Shown piece by piece: positions 44,863-54,719 of a stretch of 64,000 nt of DNA. The position numbers and the translations under genes were made by a program. Origin of the DNA: Candidatus Effluviviaceae Genus I sp. (lineage in GTDB: Bacteria > Joyebacterota > Joyebacteria > Joyebacterales > Joyebacteraceae); NCBI GenBank assembly GCA_016867725.1, contig VGIX01000001.1:99575-163574 (forward strand), given 5' to 3'. Every line of letters starts with the position of its first letter. Within the stretch, counting starts at the first letter, position 1. Below the pieces are notes generated by a model. The model worked only from the letters and a program-made list of their open reading frames with translations, was not told where the DNA came from and did no database searches.

Positions 44863-46464
44863 CTACTTCGTGGCCTGGTTGATGAGAAGGTACGCGGTCG
44901 CCAGCGAGCCGGCGAAGGACGCGATGTCCCTCGCGGTCCTCCACCAGTCGGACTCCGGCCGCTCGGGGACCCAGACCTCGTCGCCGGGCAGGATCGGGCC
45001 GGCTTCCCGCGCGGTCAGACGCTGCCCCGTGGCCGCCCGCACGACGCGAGTTCCGGTCCTCTTCGCCTGGGACGCGAACCCGCCCGCCCGTGCCACGTAG
45101 TACCGAGCGTCCTTCCCCGGCGCGAAGGCAACGTGCCCGGGGCGCGTGACGCGCCCGCTCACGGTCACGGTCGTGATCGCTCTCGGCACGAGGATCCGAT
45201 CGCCGTCCCTCAGGAGGGGGTCGTTGGACGCGCCGGCGACGAGCAGGCCCTCGAAGTCGGCCACGACCGTTCCCTCGAGCTCGGTCGACTTCGCCTTGAA
45301 GTAGGCGTACTCGGTCTCCGTCATGTCGCCGGCGGTCATCGTCTTGAGCCGCTCGAGCTCGGCGTCCATGTCCGCCGCCCCCTGACGGCGCACGAGTCTC
45401 GCGTTGCGCAGGGATGCCGCCGCCGTCGGCCCGCCGGCCCGGGCAAGAACGTCGGACAGGCGGTCGATCCCCTCGTTGATGCCATACACGCCGGGGTGGA
45501 CGAGTTCGCCCTCCGCGGAGACGAAACGAACGACCCGCCACTCGCTCCGCTGCTGCACGTAGACCTGATCGCCGTCCACGAGCGGGACCGCGGCGCCGTC
45601 CGAGCCTGTGAGGTCCACGACGCGGGCACCCGTCTTCACGTCGTCCCTGAACGTCCTGAGCTCGACGGTCTCAGTCACCGCGCCTCGGACGAAGCCTCCT
45701 GCCAGGGCGATGAGCGACCCGACGGTCTCTCCGTCGGTCAGCTCGTACCGCCCCGGTCGGGCAACGCCCCCATAGGCGTGAACGAACAGGGTGGCGAAGG
45801 GCACGAAGATGACATCGCCGTCCAGGACCGGCGGGTTTGACTTGATGTCACCGGTGTTCCTGTATCTCGCGAGGTCGGCTCGTGCGGTGGAACCGTCCCG
45901 ACGGGTGATGACGATGTTGCGGTCGCTCCCGCCGCTCAGCAGGCCGCCGGCCTTCCCAACAAGCTCGCTCGTGAGATCGAGGGCCGTTGCGGAGTACTCC
46001 CCCGGCGCCGCAACGGCCCCGAGGACGTTGACCCACATGGTCCTGAGCCCGACAAGCGACACGCTCACGTCCATGCCGTGGTAGAGCTTCCCCAGACGAG
46101 CCTCGACGTCGGCCTTGAGCGCCGCGAGCGTCCGTCCCGCCGCGGGAATGGGAGCGACCCCCGAGAGGATCAGATCTCCCTCCGGGGTGATCGTCTCGCG
46201 CCAACTCAGGACGGTTCGTCCCCAGAGCGCGATGGAGATACCGTCGCCCGGCCCGACGATGTAGGTGTCGGGATCGACCGGTCCGCGGAGCGCCGGCGGC
46301 TCCTTCAGCGGAGAGGCCGCCGAGGCTGCGGGCGAGATGCCTGCGGCGCTCGCGCCCTGCGCGGCAGCCAGGCCGAGAGCCGCGGCATCCCTGCTGCCGT
46401 CCACGCCGTGTCCTGCCGACGCGGCAAGCGCGATCGTGAGGACCGCGACTGCGATCACGTGCAT
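44863..46464 (-). CDS. Polysaccharide export protein with multiple SLBB domains (Wza/KpsD-like)
   Basis: YIVGPGD, repeated V.G.V..PG.Y...AGG...L.DGD; start uncertain (ATG 46464 or CTG 46479). Confidence 0.85.
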   Translation of the reverse strand: MHVIAVAVLTIALAASAGHGVDGSRDAAALGLAAAQGASAAGISPAASAASPLKEPPALRGPVDPDTYIVGPGDGISIALWGRTVLSWRETITPEGDLILSGVAPIPAAGRTLAALKADVEARLGKLYHGMDVSVSLVGLRTMWVNVLGAVAAPGEYSATALDLTSELVGKAGGLLSGGSDRNIVITRRDGSTARADLARYRNTGDIKSNPPVLDGDVIFVPFATLFVHAYGGVARPGRYELTDGETVGSLIALAGGFVRGAVTETVELRTFRDDVKTGARVVDLTGSDGAAVPLVDGDQVYVQQRSEWRVVRFVSAEGELVHPGVYGINEGIDRLSDVLARAGGPTAAASLRNARLVRRQGAADMDAELERLKTMTAGDMTETEYAYFKAKSTELEGTVVADFEGLLVAGASNDPLLRDGDRILVPRAITTVTVSGRVTRPGHVAFAPGKDARYYVARAGGFASQAKRTGTRVVRAATGQRLTAREAGPILPGDEVWVPERPESDWWRTARDIASFAGSLATAYLLINQATK

Positions 46465-46594
46465 CTCGCGCAGGTTCAGGGTCTTGCCTCCCTCGCGCAC
46501 GGGCGCCCCTCGGGGCGACCGAGTATGGTGGACGCGTCTCGCCGCGGTCAAGGTCGTTCGCCGCGCGGATCCGCTTCGCCGCGGTCCGCCGTTC

Positions 46595-47119
46595 CTAGCC
46601 GTCCTTCGCCGTCCAGTCGTACGGCACGCTCGGGTCGTGCGGGTCCACCCGGTACTCGTCCGGCGAGCCGTAGTCGTACGGCTCCGTCGGGCAGTTCACG
46701 AGGAACCCGGGCTCCGCGCCCACGGCCTTCATCCCGTGCAGCACGCCGGGCGGGATCGTGATGAGGAGCGGGTTCGTCTCGCCCATGAAGAACTCGTTGA
46801 CCTCGCCGCGCGTGGGCGAGTCGGGACGGTCGTCGTACAGCACGACCTTCACCATGCCCTTCACGATGACGAAGTAGTCGGTCTGCACCTTGTGGTAGTG
46901 CCACCCCTTCACGACGCCCGGATAGACGACCGACAGGTACACCTGCCCGAACTTCCTGAAGATCGCGTCGTCCGCCCTCAGCATCTCCATGAGGTACCCG
47001 CGCTCGTCCGGGATCGGCCGGAGCGCCTTGTGCTCCACGCCGTGGATGAGCCGCTTCGCCCTGACGCCGCTGGGGAGCCCCCGCGGCCCCGAGCCCGCGC
47101 CCCGGTTGTCGGCACCCAT
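46595..47119 (-). CDS. rmlC: dTDP-4-dehydrorhamnose 3,5-epimerase family cupin
   Basis: DERGYL.E, GVVKGWHYH, IPPGVLHG. Confidence 0.85.
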   Translation of the reverse strand: MGADNRGAGSGPRGLPSGVRAKRLIHGVEHKALRPIPDERGYLMEMLRADDAIFRKFGQVYLSVVYPGVVKGWHYHKVQTDYFVIVKGMVKVVLYDDRPDSPTRGEVNEFFMGETNPLLITIPPGVLHGMKAVGAEPGFLVNCPTEPYDYGSPDEYRVDPHDPSVPYDWTAKDG

Positions 47120-47128
47120 CGTACCTCC

Positions 47129-48457
47129 CTATCGTCCGCCGACGGGCGGTCTACCCCGGCCGACGCCCACGTAGACGAACCCGTACGGCTCGACGTCCTC
47201 CGGCCGGTAGACGTTCCGAAGGTCCACGAGCACGCGCTCGGCCATCGCGCGGCCCAGCCGCTCGAAGTCGAGCCGCCTGAACTCGTTCCACTCCGTCACG
47301 ATGACGAGCGCATGCGCCCCCACGGCCGCCTCGTGCCGGTCGCCGACGTACGTGACGTCCGGCAGGACGGCGCGCGCGTTCTCCATCGCCACGGGGTCGA
47401 ACGCCCGGACCGTCGCGCCCCGGGCGACGAGGCCGTCGGCGAGCACGATGGACGCCGCGTAGCGCATGTCGTCCGTGTTCGGCTTGAACGCAAGCCCGAG
47501 GAGCCCCACGGTCTTCCCGCGGACGTCCCCGCCCACGGCGGCGACGACCTTGTCCACCATGCGCTCCTTCTGCGACTCGTTGACCTCAACGGCCGCCCGC
47601 ACGACGCGCGCGTCCTCGCCGGCGGCCTCCGCGATGCGCACGAGCGCCTTCGTGTCCTTCGGGAAGCACGAGCCGCCGAACCCGGCTCCGGCGTGCAGGA
47701 ACTTCGAGCCGATGCGGTTGTCGAGGCCCATGGCATACGCGACGATGCGGACGTCGGCCCCGGTCCGCTCGCAGAGGTTCGCGATCTCGTTGATGAACGA
47801 GATCTTCGTCGCGAGGAAGGCGTTCGACGCGTACTTCACGAGCTCGGCGGTCTCGGGCGTCGTCTCGACGATCGGCGTGTGGATGAGGTACAGCGGCGCG
47901 TAGATGCCGCGGAGGAGCTCGAAGGCGCGCTCCGTGTCCGCGCCGACGACGACGCGGTCCGGGCGCATGAAGTCCTCGACGGCCGAGCCCTCGCGCAGGA
48001 ACTCCGGGTTCGACGCCACGTCGAACTCGTGCCGCGTCGTCTGGGCCTGCTCGATGATGGCGCGGATCCTCCGGGCGGTCCCGACCGGAACCGTGCTCTT
48101 CTGCACGACGAGCCGGTAGCCGGTCATGTGCCGGCCGATCGCGTGGGCCGCGGCGTCGACCTGCGACACGTCCACCGCGCCGCCCTCGCCCTCGGGGGTC
48201 CCGACCGCGATGAAGACGACGTCGTGCTCCCTCACCGCCTCCGCGAGGTCCGTCGTGAACGAGAGCCGCCCCTCGCGCACGTTCCGCACGACGACCTCCT
48301 GGAGCCCCGGCTCGTAGAAGGGGATGCCGCCCTCGCGCAGCCGCGCGATCTTCTCCCCGACCTGGTCGACGCAGACCACCTGGTTGCCGAGGTCGGCAAG
48401 GCCGGCGCCCCCCACGAGACCGACGTATCCCGTCCCGATCATCGCGATCCTGTGCAT
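47129..48457 (-). CDS. ugd: UDP-glucose 6-dehydrogenase
   Basis: IGTGYVGL, KSTVPVGT, SNPEFLREG, GFGGSCFPKD, FKPNTDD. Confidence 0.95.
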   Translation of the reverse strand: MHRIAMIGTGYVGLVGGAGLADLGNQVVCVDQVGEKIARLREGGIPFYEPGLQEVVVRNVREGRLSFTTDLAEAVREHDVVFIAVGTPEGEGGAVDVSQVDAAAHAIGRHMTGYRLVVQKSTVPVGTARRIRAIIEQAQTTRHEFDVASNPEFLREGSAVEDFMRPDRVVVGADTERAFELLRGIYAPLYLIHTPIVETTPETAELVKYASNAFLATKISFINEIANLCERTGADVRIVAYAMGLDNRIGSKFLHAGAGFGGSCFPKDTKALVRIAEAAGEDARVVRAAVEVNESQKERMVDKVVAAVGGDVRGKTVGLLGLAFKPNTDDMRYAASIVLADGLVARGATVRAFDPVAMENARAVLPDVTYVGDRHEAAVGAHALVIVTEWNEFRRLDFERLGRAMAERVLVDLRNVYRPEDVEPYGFVYVGVGRGRPPVGGR

Positions 48458-48459
48458 CG

Positions 48460-49275
48460 TCACTCCATCCCTAGAGGCGCGTCGGCGGTCCGCCGTGCGG
48501 CCGCGACCTCGATGGGGCCGACCGCGTCCGACGGCGCGCCGACGTATACGCTCACGTCGTCGCGCCCGGCGCGCGCCAGCGCCTCCGCGGCCGCCCCGAG
48601 CGCCAGGTCGGGCGTGTTGTTCCTGCGCGAGAGGTGCGCGAGCACGAGCGCGGAGAGCGGGCCGCCGGCCATCCGCTCGATCTCGCGCGACGCGGCGCCG
48701 TTCGACAGGTGCCCGGTGTCGGCGAGGATGCGCTGCTTCAGATGCCAGGGATACGGCCCGTCGAGCAGCATCCGCTCGTCGTGGTTGAACTCGAGCACGG
48801 CGCAGTCCGCGACCATGAGGTGCTCGCGGACCTCGTCCCCGACCGTTCCCAGGTCCGTCGCGACCGTCACGCGGCACGCGCCGTCGGAGACGGTGAACCC
48901 GACGGGCTCGGCGGCGTCGTGGCTCACGCCGAAGGCCGTGACCGAGAGGTCGCCGACGTCGAACGCGGCGCCCGGCGACACGGGCACTGCGCGGCACCCG
49001 CCGGTCATGAAGCGACCGATCTCGTCCAGCGTGCCTGGCGTGGCGTAGACGGGAATGTCCCCGTGCGCCCCGAAGGCCGGAAGCCCGCTCACGTGGTCGG
49101 AGTGACCGTGCGTGACGAGGACCCCGCTGACGGCGCGCGGCTCGGCGCCCGCGGCACGGACGGCCCGGGTCAGCCGGCGCGCCGAGATCCCGGCGTCCAC
49201 GAGGACGCGCGTGGAGCCCGAGTGCACGAGAAGCGAATTGCCGGAACTGCCGCTCGCCAGGAGCGTGATGCGCAT
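48460..49275 (-). CDS. MBL-fold metallo-hydrolase (YycJ/WalJ-like)
   Basis: LASGSSGN, THGHSDH, SHDA.EP, EFNHD, GHLSN, HLS..NN. Confidence 0.9.
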   Translation of the reverse strand: MRITLLASGSSGNSLLVHSGSTRVLVDAGISARRLTRAVRAAGAEPRAVSGVLVTHGHSDHVSGLPAFGAHGDIPVYATPGTLDEIGRFMTGGCRAVPVSPGAAFDVGDLSVTAFGVSHDAAEPVGFTVSDGACRVTVATDLGTVGDEVREHLMVADCAVLEFNHDERMLLDGPYPWHLKQRILADTGHLSNGAASREIERMAGGPLSALVLAHLSRRNNTPDLALGAAAEALARAGRDDVSVYVGAPSDAVGPIEVAAARRTADAPLGME

Positions 49276-49321
49276 CTGCGTCCCCGCGTGAGGTCCGCGG
49301 AATCCCGCGTGTCGGGGGGCG

Positions 49322-49609
49322 TCACCGCCCATCGCGCCCCCTGCCCCGTCCGTCGATGTACTGCGAGATGAGGCGCTCGAACCTGGCCTTGTAGATGACG
49401 TCGAAGCGGTCCATGAGATCGGGAATGAGCTCCTGGGCCTGCCGCCGCACGCGCTGCGCGAGGACGGTCGCCTCCTGCCGGTCGAGACGGCCGCCCCTGA
49501 TCTCCTCGCACGCGCTGTCCACAAGCTCGCGAAGTTGCGCAAGCTTGCCTTCCTCGTTCGCAAGGAGCTTCTCGATCTCGCCGTCGTCGACGTCGTGGTC
49601 AAAGGCCAT
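49322..49609 (-). CDS. Small helical hypothetical protein
   Basis: Coding-like composition (LRELVD...FDVIYKARFERLI); first gene after a minus-strand promoter. Confidence 0.7.
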   Translation of the reverse strand: MAFDHDVDDGEIEKLLANEEGKLAQLRELVDSACEEIRGGRLDRQEATVLAQRVRRQAQELIPDLMDRFDVIYKARFERLISQYIDGRGRGRDGR

Positions 49610-49662
49610 GTGGGGCACGCTCCGGGCTCCGTGTCGTCCGCGATGGGGTTCCGAATTCTGCG

Positions 49663-49727
49663 ATTGTAGGACGGCGCCGTGCGCAGCGTCAAGCGGCTTG
49701 ACAGCCGTCCCGGCCGGGTCGTAGCCT
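49663..49727. promoter_or_regulatory. Back-to-back divergent sigma70-type promoters
   Basis: Minus strand TTGACG-18-TACAAT (49692-49663); plus strand TTGACA-18-TAGCCT (49698-49727); the two -35 boxes form the palindrome GTCAAGC-G-GCTTGAC. Confidence 0.65.
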
Positions 49728-49791
49728 CAAACGCAGCGGGGCAGGGTGCCACCTCGGCGACCGCGCGCCCCTTGAGAACGAGGAGGCCGGC

Positions 49792-49980
49792 GTGAGATTC
49801 GCGTCGTTCGTGCTTGCCGCCGCGGCAGCGGTGGCGCTTGCGCTCTCGGTCGTTGTCAAGCTGGCTGGAGGCAGGTTCGTCCTGGGCATCGCGCCGACGA
49901 CGCTCTGGAGGCTCTCGCTCTCCCTGCTGGCGTTCGCCATCTACGCGGTGCTGTACAGCCAATCGCGCCGGGCGGCCTGA
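49792..49980 (+). CDS. Small two-TM membrane protein
   Basis: GAGGAGG Shine-Dalgarno then GTG; two hydrophobic helices. Confidence 0.7.
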   Translation: MRFASFVLAAAAAVALALSVVVKLAGGRFVLGIAPTTLWRLSLSLLAFAIYAVLYSQSRRAA

Positions 49981-49999
49981 GCGGCGCAAGGGAGCGACG

Positions 50000-52252
50000 A
50001 TGCGTGGACTCATGGCCCGCGTGCTGGCCGTGACGGAGCGATTCGAAGACGCGCGCGTGAGCCTGGGAGCGTGGCTGCTCGGGCTCGTGTCGATCGTCGC
50101 GGTCCGGCACTTCCTCGAGCAGCTCGCGGGCGGCCGGAAGATCCTCTACTTCCTCGCCTACTTCCTGCACTACCCGCTGGCCTACGTCGCGCCGCTCCTT
50201 GGGCTCACGATCGTGCTCGCGGCGTTCGCGCGAGAGAGGGCCGACCGGGTCATCAGGCTCATGCTCTTCGCGTGGCTCCTCACGCTCCTGCCGCCGCTCC
50301 TCGACATGCTCGTCTCGCGCGGCGCGCCGGCGCCGGAGATCATCGGCTATCTCATCCCGAGGACGGGCACGCTGGGCCAGGCGTTCCTGAACCTCTGGAA
50401 CCCGTTGTACAAGGGCTTCCAGGGCCCGACCGCCGGCATCCGGATCGAGGCGGCCATCGGATGCGTCCTGGCCGCCTGCTACGTCCACCTGAAGACGAGG
50501 AGCGCGCTCAGGGCCGCCGCGGCGTTCGTCGCGATCTACGTCACGATGTTCTTCTTCTTCGCGCTGCCGGCGCTCGTCCTGGCCGTCGTTCGGATCTTCG
50601 GGGCGGACGTCGACGGCGTGCAGCGGCTCTTCTTCACGTCCGGGGCCGTGCACCGCGCCTACGCGGGGGCTCAGCCGTACGCGCTCTCGGACCTCTCGAG
50701 CGCGCTCGTGGACCTCTTCGTGACCGTCCCGCTCCTCGCCGTCTGGTGCCGGATGGCGGCTCCTGAGAGGTTCAGGTCGGTGGCGCGCCTGTTCGACCCC
50801 TTCGCCGCGGCCGTCCACGCGGCGCTCGCCGCGCTGGGCATCGCGCTTGCCCGGGGCGTCGTCGTGAGAGCGTTCGGGACGCCGGCCGTCACGCACCCGT
50901 TCGACCCGCTCGCGCTCGCAGGCATCGTCGTCGCCGCGGCGCTCATGCAGCCCGCGGCCGCCGCGATGGCGGCCGCCCACGCCGACGGCGACCGCCCCGC
51001 GGGTCAGCGCGAGGCGACCGCGGCCGACGGCGCCATCCTCTTCACCCTCGCCGCGCTCTTCGCGCTGAGCGTGAGCTACGTCGCCCTCACGTACGTGCTC
51101 GGGGTCGGCGCCGCGTGCGCCCTGCGCCACGCGCGGCCGTTCCGCCTGAGCCGCATCGTGCCGGCGTCCGCTCTCCTTGCGGGCGGGCTCGCCGTCTTCC
51201 TCGTCCAGCTCGGCTACGCGTCGTACGCCGGGGCGTCCGCCACGCTGTGGATGCCCCGAAGCGTCGTCGCCGCGGTGTTCGCCGCGGGCGCGCTCGCCGC
51301 GGCCGCCGCGGCCCTCCTGGGCCGCCGCCGCGCGGTGCCCGCAGGGCTCCGCGCGGCCGCCGTCGTCGGCGTGGCGGCCGCGGCCGTGTGGGCCTCGGGC
51401 GACCATCCCCGCCTCCGCGACGAGCTGCGGGGCACCGACTTCCCGAGGGTGGTGGCGGCGCGGAGGAGCGCCCCGGAGGCCGGATCGCCGGCCACCGCCG
51501 CGATGAGCGAGGGGCTTTCCCTCATGCAGCGCGGCGACATCGCGGGCTCGGCCGCCGCGTTCAGGCGCGCGATCGAGGCCGACCCCGAGTACGCCCCGGC
51601 CTACCTGGCGGCGGGCGGGGCGTACGTGAGGCTCGGGCGGGCCACCGAGGCGGCTCGCTCGTTCAGGAGAGCGCTCGCGCTCGATCCCGGGAACACGCGG
51701 GCGCGCATCGGCATCGCGCAGGCGCACATGCTGCACGCGAGGGCGGACAGCGCGATCGCCGTCCTCGACCGCGCCATCGAGCTGGACCCGCGCAGCGCCG
51801 AGGCCGCGTACACGCTCGCGTGCGTCTACCTCGAGACGCGCGACCTGGAGAAGGAGAGGCGCGCGCTCGAGAGGACGGTCGCCGCGGACCCCGCGCACAG
51901 CCTCGCGCAGGACCGGCTCGGCGACATCCGCATGGGCGAGAGGAGGTACGCCGAGGCCGTTGAGGCCTACAAGGCGGCCATCCTCGGGCAGATGCCCGTG
52001 CAGCACGCGCACTCGAAGCTCGCGCGCGCCTACCACGCGCTCGGCGAGCTCGACAGGGCCGTCGACGCGATGCGCAAGGAGATCCTCGCCTCGCCGAGGA
52101 TGGCGTCGCCGCACGCGGTGCTGGCCGGGCTCCTCGCGGAGCAGGGCAACACGGACGAGGCGCGCCGCGAGTACGAGACGGCGCTCTCGCTCACGAACGA
52201 CGGCGACCTCCGGGCGCTCTTCCAGAGGGAACTCGACAAGCTCCGGCGGTAG
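50000..52252 (+). CDS. Polytopic membrane protein (degenerate UbiA-like segment) with C-terminal TPR domain
   Basis: GGAG-ATG start; more than 12 hydrophobic segments; TPRs (AIEADPEYA, ALALDPGN, AIELDPRSA). Confidence 0.8.
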   Translation: MRGLMARVLAVTERFEDARVSLGAWLLGLVSIVAVRHFLEQLAGGRKILYFLAYFLHYPLAYVAPLLGLTIVLAAFARERADRVIRLMLFAWLLTLLPPLLDMLVSRGAPAPEIIGYLIPRTGTLGQAFLNLWNPLYKGFQGPTAGIRIEAAIGCVLAACYVHLKTRSALRAAAAFVAIYVTMFFFFALPALVLAVVRIFGADVDGVQRLFFTSGAVHRAYAGAQPYALSDLSSALVDLFVTVPLLAVWCRMAAPERFRSVARLFDPFAAAVHAALAALGIALARGVVVRAFGTPAVTHPFDPLALAGIVVAAALMQPAAAAMAAAHADGDRPAGQREATAADGAILFTLAALFALSVSYVALTYVLGVGAACALRHARPFRLSRIVPASALLAGGLAVFLVQLGYASYAGASATLWMPRSVVAAVFAAGALAAAAAALLGRRRAVPAGLRAAAVVGVAAAAVWASGDHPRLRDELRGTDFPRVVAARRSAPEAGSPATAAMSEGLSLMQRGDIAGSAAAFRRAIEADPEYAPAYLAAGGAYVRLGRATEAARSFRRALALDPGNTRARIGIAQAHMLHARADSAIAVLDRAIELDPRSAEAAYTLACVYLETRDLEKERRALERTVAADPAHSLAQDRLGDIRMGERRYAEAVEAYKAAILGQMPVQHAHSKLARAYHALGELDRAVDAMRKEILASPRMASPHAVLAGLLAEQGNTDEARREYETALSLTNDGDLRALFQRELDKLRR

Positions 52253-52258
52253 AACGAA

Positions 52259-52286
52259 GCGGGGCGGCTCACGCGAGCCGCCCCGC
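52259..52286. terminator. Hairpin terminator between convergent genes
   Basis: Perfect 12-bp stem GCGGGGCGGCTC-acgc-GAGCCGCCCCGC; TTCGTTCT follows on the minus strand. Confidence 0.75.
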
Positions 52287-52314
52287 CGTCGAACGCCGAT
52301 CCCCTTCGCAGACC

Positions 52315-54642
52315 CTACCTGATGAGCACGAGCTTCGCCGTGGACTCACCGTCCGCGCAGGCGACCCTGGCGAAGTACACCCCGGTCGCCACCTCAAGCC
52401 CCCGCTCGTCGCGACCGTCCCACACGGACTCGTGGGCGCCGGCCGGCCTGATCTCGCCGTCGAGCAGCGTCCGCACGAGCCGCCCGGACACGTCGTACAC
52501 CGCCAGGCGGACCTGCGTCTCCATAGGCAGGACGTAACGGACGCCGGTCCCCGCGCTGAAGGGGTTCGGATGCCCCGAGAGCGCGATCCTGCTCCGCTCC
52601 GTCCCCTCCCCCGGCACGCCGGCGGACGGCGCGTCGCGCGAGATCTGCACGTCGTCCACGTACCAGCCGTCCCGCGTGATCCAGCTGTCGGAGGTCAGGG
52701 CGAAGCGCACCTTGAACTGGCTCGTGGCGTACGCGGTGACGTCGAACGAGACCTCCGTCCACGCCGACTGCGTTCCGCTGTACGAGGCCACCTGCGTCCA
52801 GCTCGACCCGTTGTTCGCGCTCACGGAGACGCGGCAGAGGTCGTAGCCCGACTCCGTGTCGTAGCGGTGCCAGAAGGACAGGGTCGCGCTCGACGCGCCG
52901 CCCAGGTCCACGGGGCTGCCGAGCGTCATGACGATGTTGGCGTTGTTGCCGTAGTTGCCGCTCGGGCTGTCGGTCATGCTGGACGACGGGCTGTGGAACT
53001 GGCCGGTCGTGAGCCCCCACGCGCCGGTCCACCGCGACAGGCCCGACTCGAGGTCGTCGTAGAAGACGGGACTCGGGAGCAGGAAGCTCTCCGTCACGGT
53101 CGTCCCGTAGACGACCTGGACACCCGCCCGCGTGACCGTGGAGTAGCCCGCCTTCGTCACCCGCATGTCGTGCGCGCCGACGGGGACGTGGTTGATCTCG
53201 TAGTAGCCCGTCACGGGATCCGAGACCGCGGAGTATCCCCCGATGTCCGTGACCGTCACGGACGCCGAGAGAGGGTTCATGGTCTGATCGAACACGTAGC
53301 CGGCGATCGTTCCGCGGGGCGGCGGCTCGAGCGCGAAGTTGACCACGACGAACGTGTCGAGGTTCGCGACGACGTTGTACACGGTCTGGCTCTGGTACTC
53401 CGGCGCGCTCGCCGTCACCGTGTAGGTGCCCTGCTGGACCATCCTGTGGTAGTCCCCGACCGCCGGGTCGGTATACACGTCCTTCCCGATCTGCGGGATG
53501 CTGATCGTGGCGTAGAGCGGCTCGCCCGTCCCGGCGTCGGTCACGATGCCCCTGATGCCCTTGCCCGATTTCCGCGCCTGGTACAGCATCGCCGGGATGT
53601 TCGCGTTCACGATGCCGTCGATGTTCGAGGCCGGCGGGTTCTTCGAGGTCGAGACCTCGATGGTCGTCGCGATCTCGCCGCGCTGGTCGTAGCACCAGTC
53701 CTGGCAGGTGCCCTTGGCGACGTACCAGTCGGCCCCGTTCGTCACCGGGAGCCCGCTCCGCGACCCGTACCCGTTCGACAGCGTGATGATCATCGGCTCG
53801 TCGGGGGTCGGGTCGTACGAGTAGTCCCAGAGGTAGTTGACGTACACGGCGCCCGAGTGGAACTGGAGCGACGTCACGGGGTTCATGCCGACGCAGAAGT
53901 CCCTCAGGGCCTGCGTCTCCGGGGCGGAGAACGCCGAGCCGGCGTTGCTCCCGTCCGGGCAGAGGTAGTTGCGGTTCAGGTCTGTGCCTTGCGCGTTGTA
54001 CCGCGAGCCGTTCGTGTGGCCGTCCGGGTTGATCATCGGGATGACCCAGAACTCCCGGTTGTTCACGAGCCAGGTCACCTGCGGGTTCGTCCCGTGGTTC
54101 TCGAGCAGGTACTTCGCCGCGTAGTAGCAGGTCTCGACGGAGATGGTCTCGTCGCCGTGATGGGCCCCCACCCAGACGATCTCCGGCTCGGCCTCCTCGA
54201 TCCCCGGGTTGTCCGTGATCTTGAGGGCCCAGAGCTCGCGGCCCTGCACCGATCGCCCGATCGAGATGAGCTCGGTGATGGACGGATAGGCCGCGTGCCA
54301 CGCGGCGAGGTCGGCCGTGATCGCGCTGTAGTTGTGGTACACGCCGCGGTACGGGGCGCTCTGCGCGAGGAACGCGTCGCGCATGTTCTCGACCACGACG
54401 CGGGGCCGGAAGCCGTTCGCCCACAGCGCCTCGATCTCACCGGGGACGGCGGCGATCTCGGCGACCCCGTCCCGCACGTTCATGATGTCCATCCCAAGCT
54501 CGTTGAGCCTGTGGATGTCCGCGCGCGAGTAGACGTCCACCTCGACGACCGCGGCGTCGTCCCTCGGATACGCCGCCGCGCCGGTCGCGAACACCAGCGC
54601 GGTCATGAGCACAGCAAGGCATGTCGCGCTCCGGAGCACCAT
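52315..54642 (-). CDS. Secreted M14 zinc carboxypeptidase with CarboxypepD_reg-like repeats, a jelly-roll domain and a FlgD-Ig/T9SS-like C-terminal tail
   Basis: Signal peptide; HHGDE, NPDG, DLNRN, FHSG, TIEVS; tail HPNPF...VYDVSGRLVRTL...WDGRD..G..VATGVYF.R...KLVLIR. Confidence 0.92.
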   Translation of the reverse strand: MVLRSATCLAVLMTALVFATGAAAYPRDDAAVVEVDVYSRADIHRLNELGMDIMNVRDGVAEIAAVPGEIEALWANGFRPRVVVENMRDAFLAQSAPYRGVYHNYSAITADLAAWHAAYPSITELISIGRSVQGRELWALKITDNPGIEEAEPEIVWVGAHHGDETISVETCYYAAKYLLENHGTNPQVTWLVNNREFWVIPMINPDGHTNGSRYNAQGTDLNRNYLCPDGSNAGSAFSAPETQALRDFCVGMNPVTSLQFHSGAVYVNYLWDYSYDPTPDEPMIITLSNGYGSRSGLPVTNGADWYVAKGTCQDWCYDQRGEIATTIEVSTSKNPPASNIDGIVNANIPAMLYQARKSGKGIRGIVTDAGTGEPLYATISIPQIGKDVYTDPAVGDYHRMVQQGTYTVTASAPEYQSQTVYNVVANLDTFVVVNFALEPPPRGTIAGYVFDQTMNPLSASVTVTDIGGYSAVSDPVTGYYEINHVPVGAHDMRVTKAGYSTVTRAGVQVVYGTTVTESFLLPSPVFYDDLESGLSRWTGAWGLTTGQFHSPSSSMTDSPSGNYGNNANIVMTLGSPVDLGGASSATLSFWHRYDTESGYDLCRVSVSANNGSSWTQVASYSGTQSAWTEVSFDVTAYATSQFKVRFALTSDSWITRDGWYVDDVQISRDAPSAGVPGEGTERSRIALSGHPNPFSAGTGVRYVLPMETQVRLAVYDVSGRLVRTLLDGEIRPAGAHESVWDGRDERGLEVATGVYFARVACADGESTAKLVLIR

Positions 54643-54674
54643 GGACCTCCCTCAAGGACCGGCCCCGGACGGCA

Positions 54675-54703
54675 GCGCCCGGAGGCACCGTGCCCCCGGG
54701 CGC
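54675..54703. terminator. GC-rich intergenic hairpin between the Sec-Omp28 gene and the M14 gene
   Basis: GCGCCCGG...CCGGGCGC stem with inner GGCAC/GTGCC; no U-tract, so possibly a stability or attenuation element. Confidence 0.4.
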
Positions 54704-54719
54704 CCGCCGCCGCTCTCGT

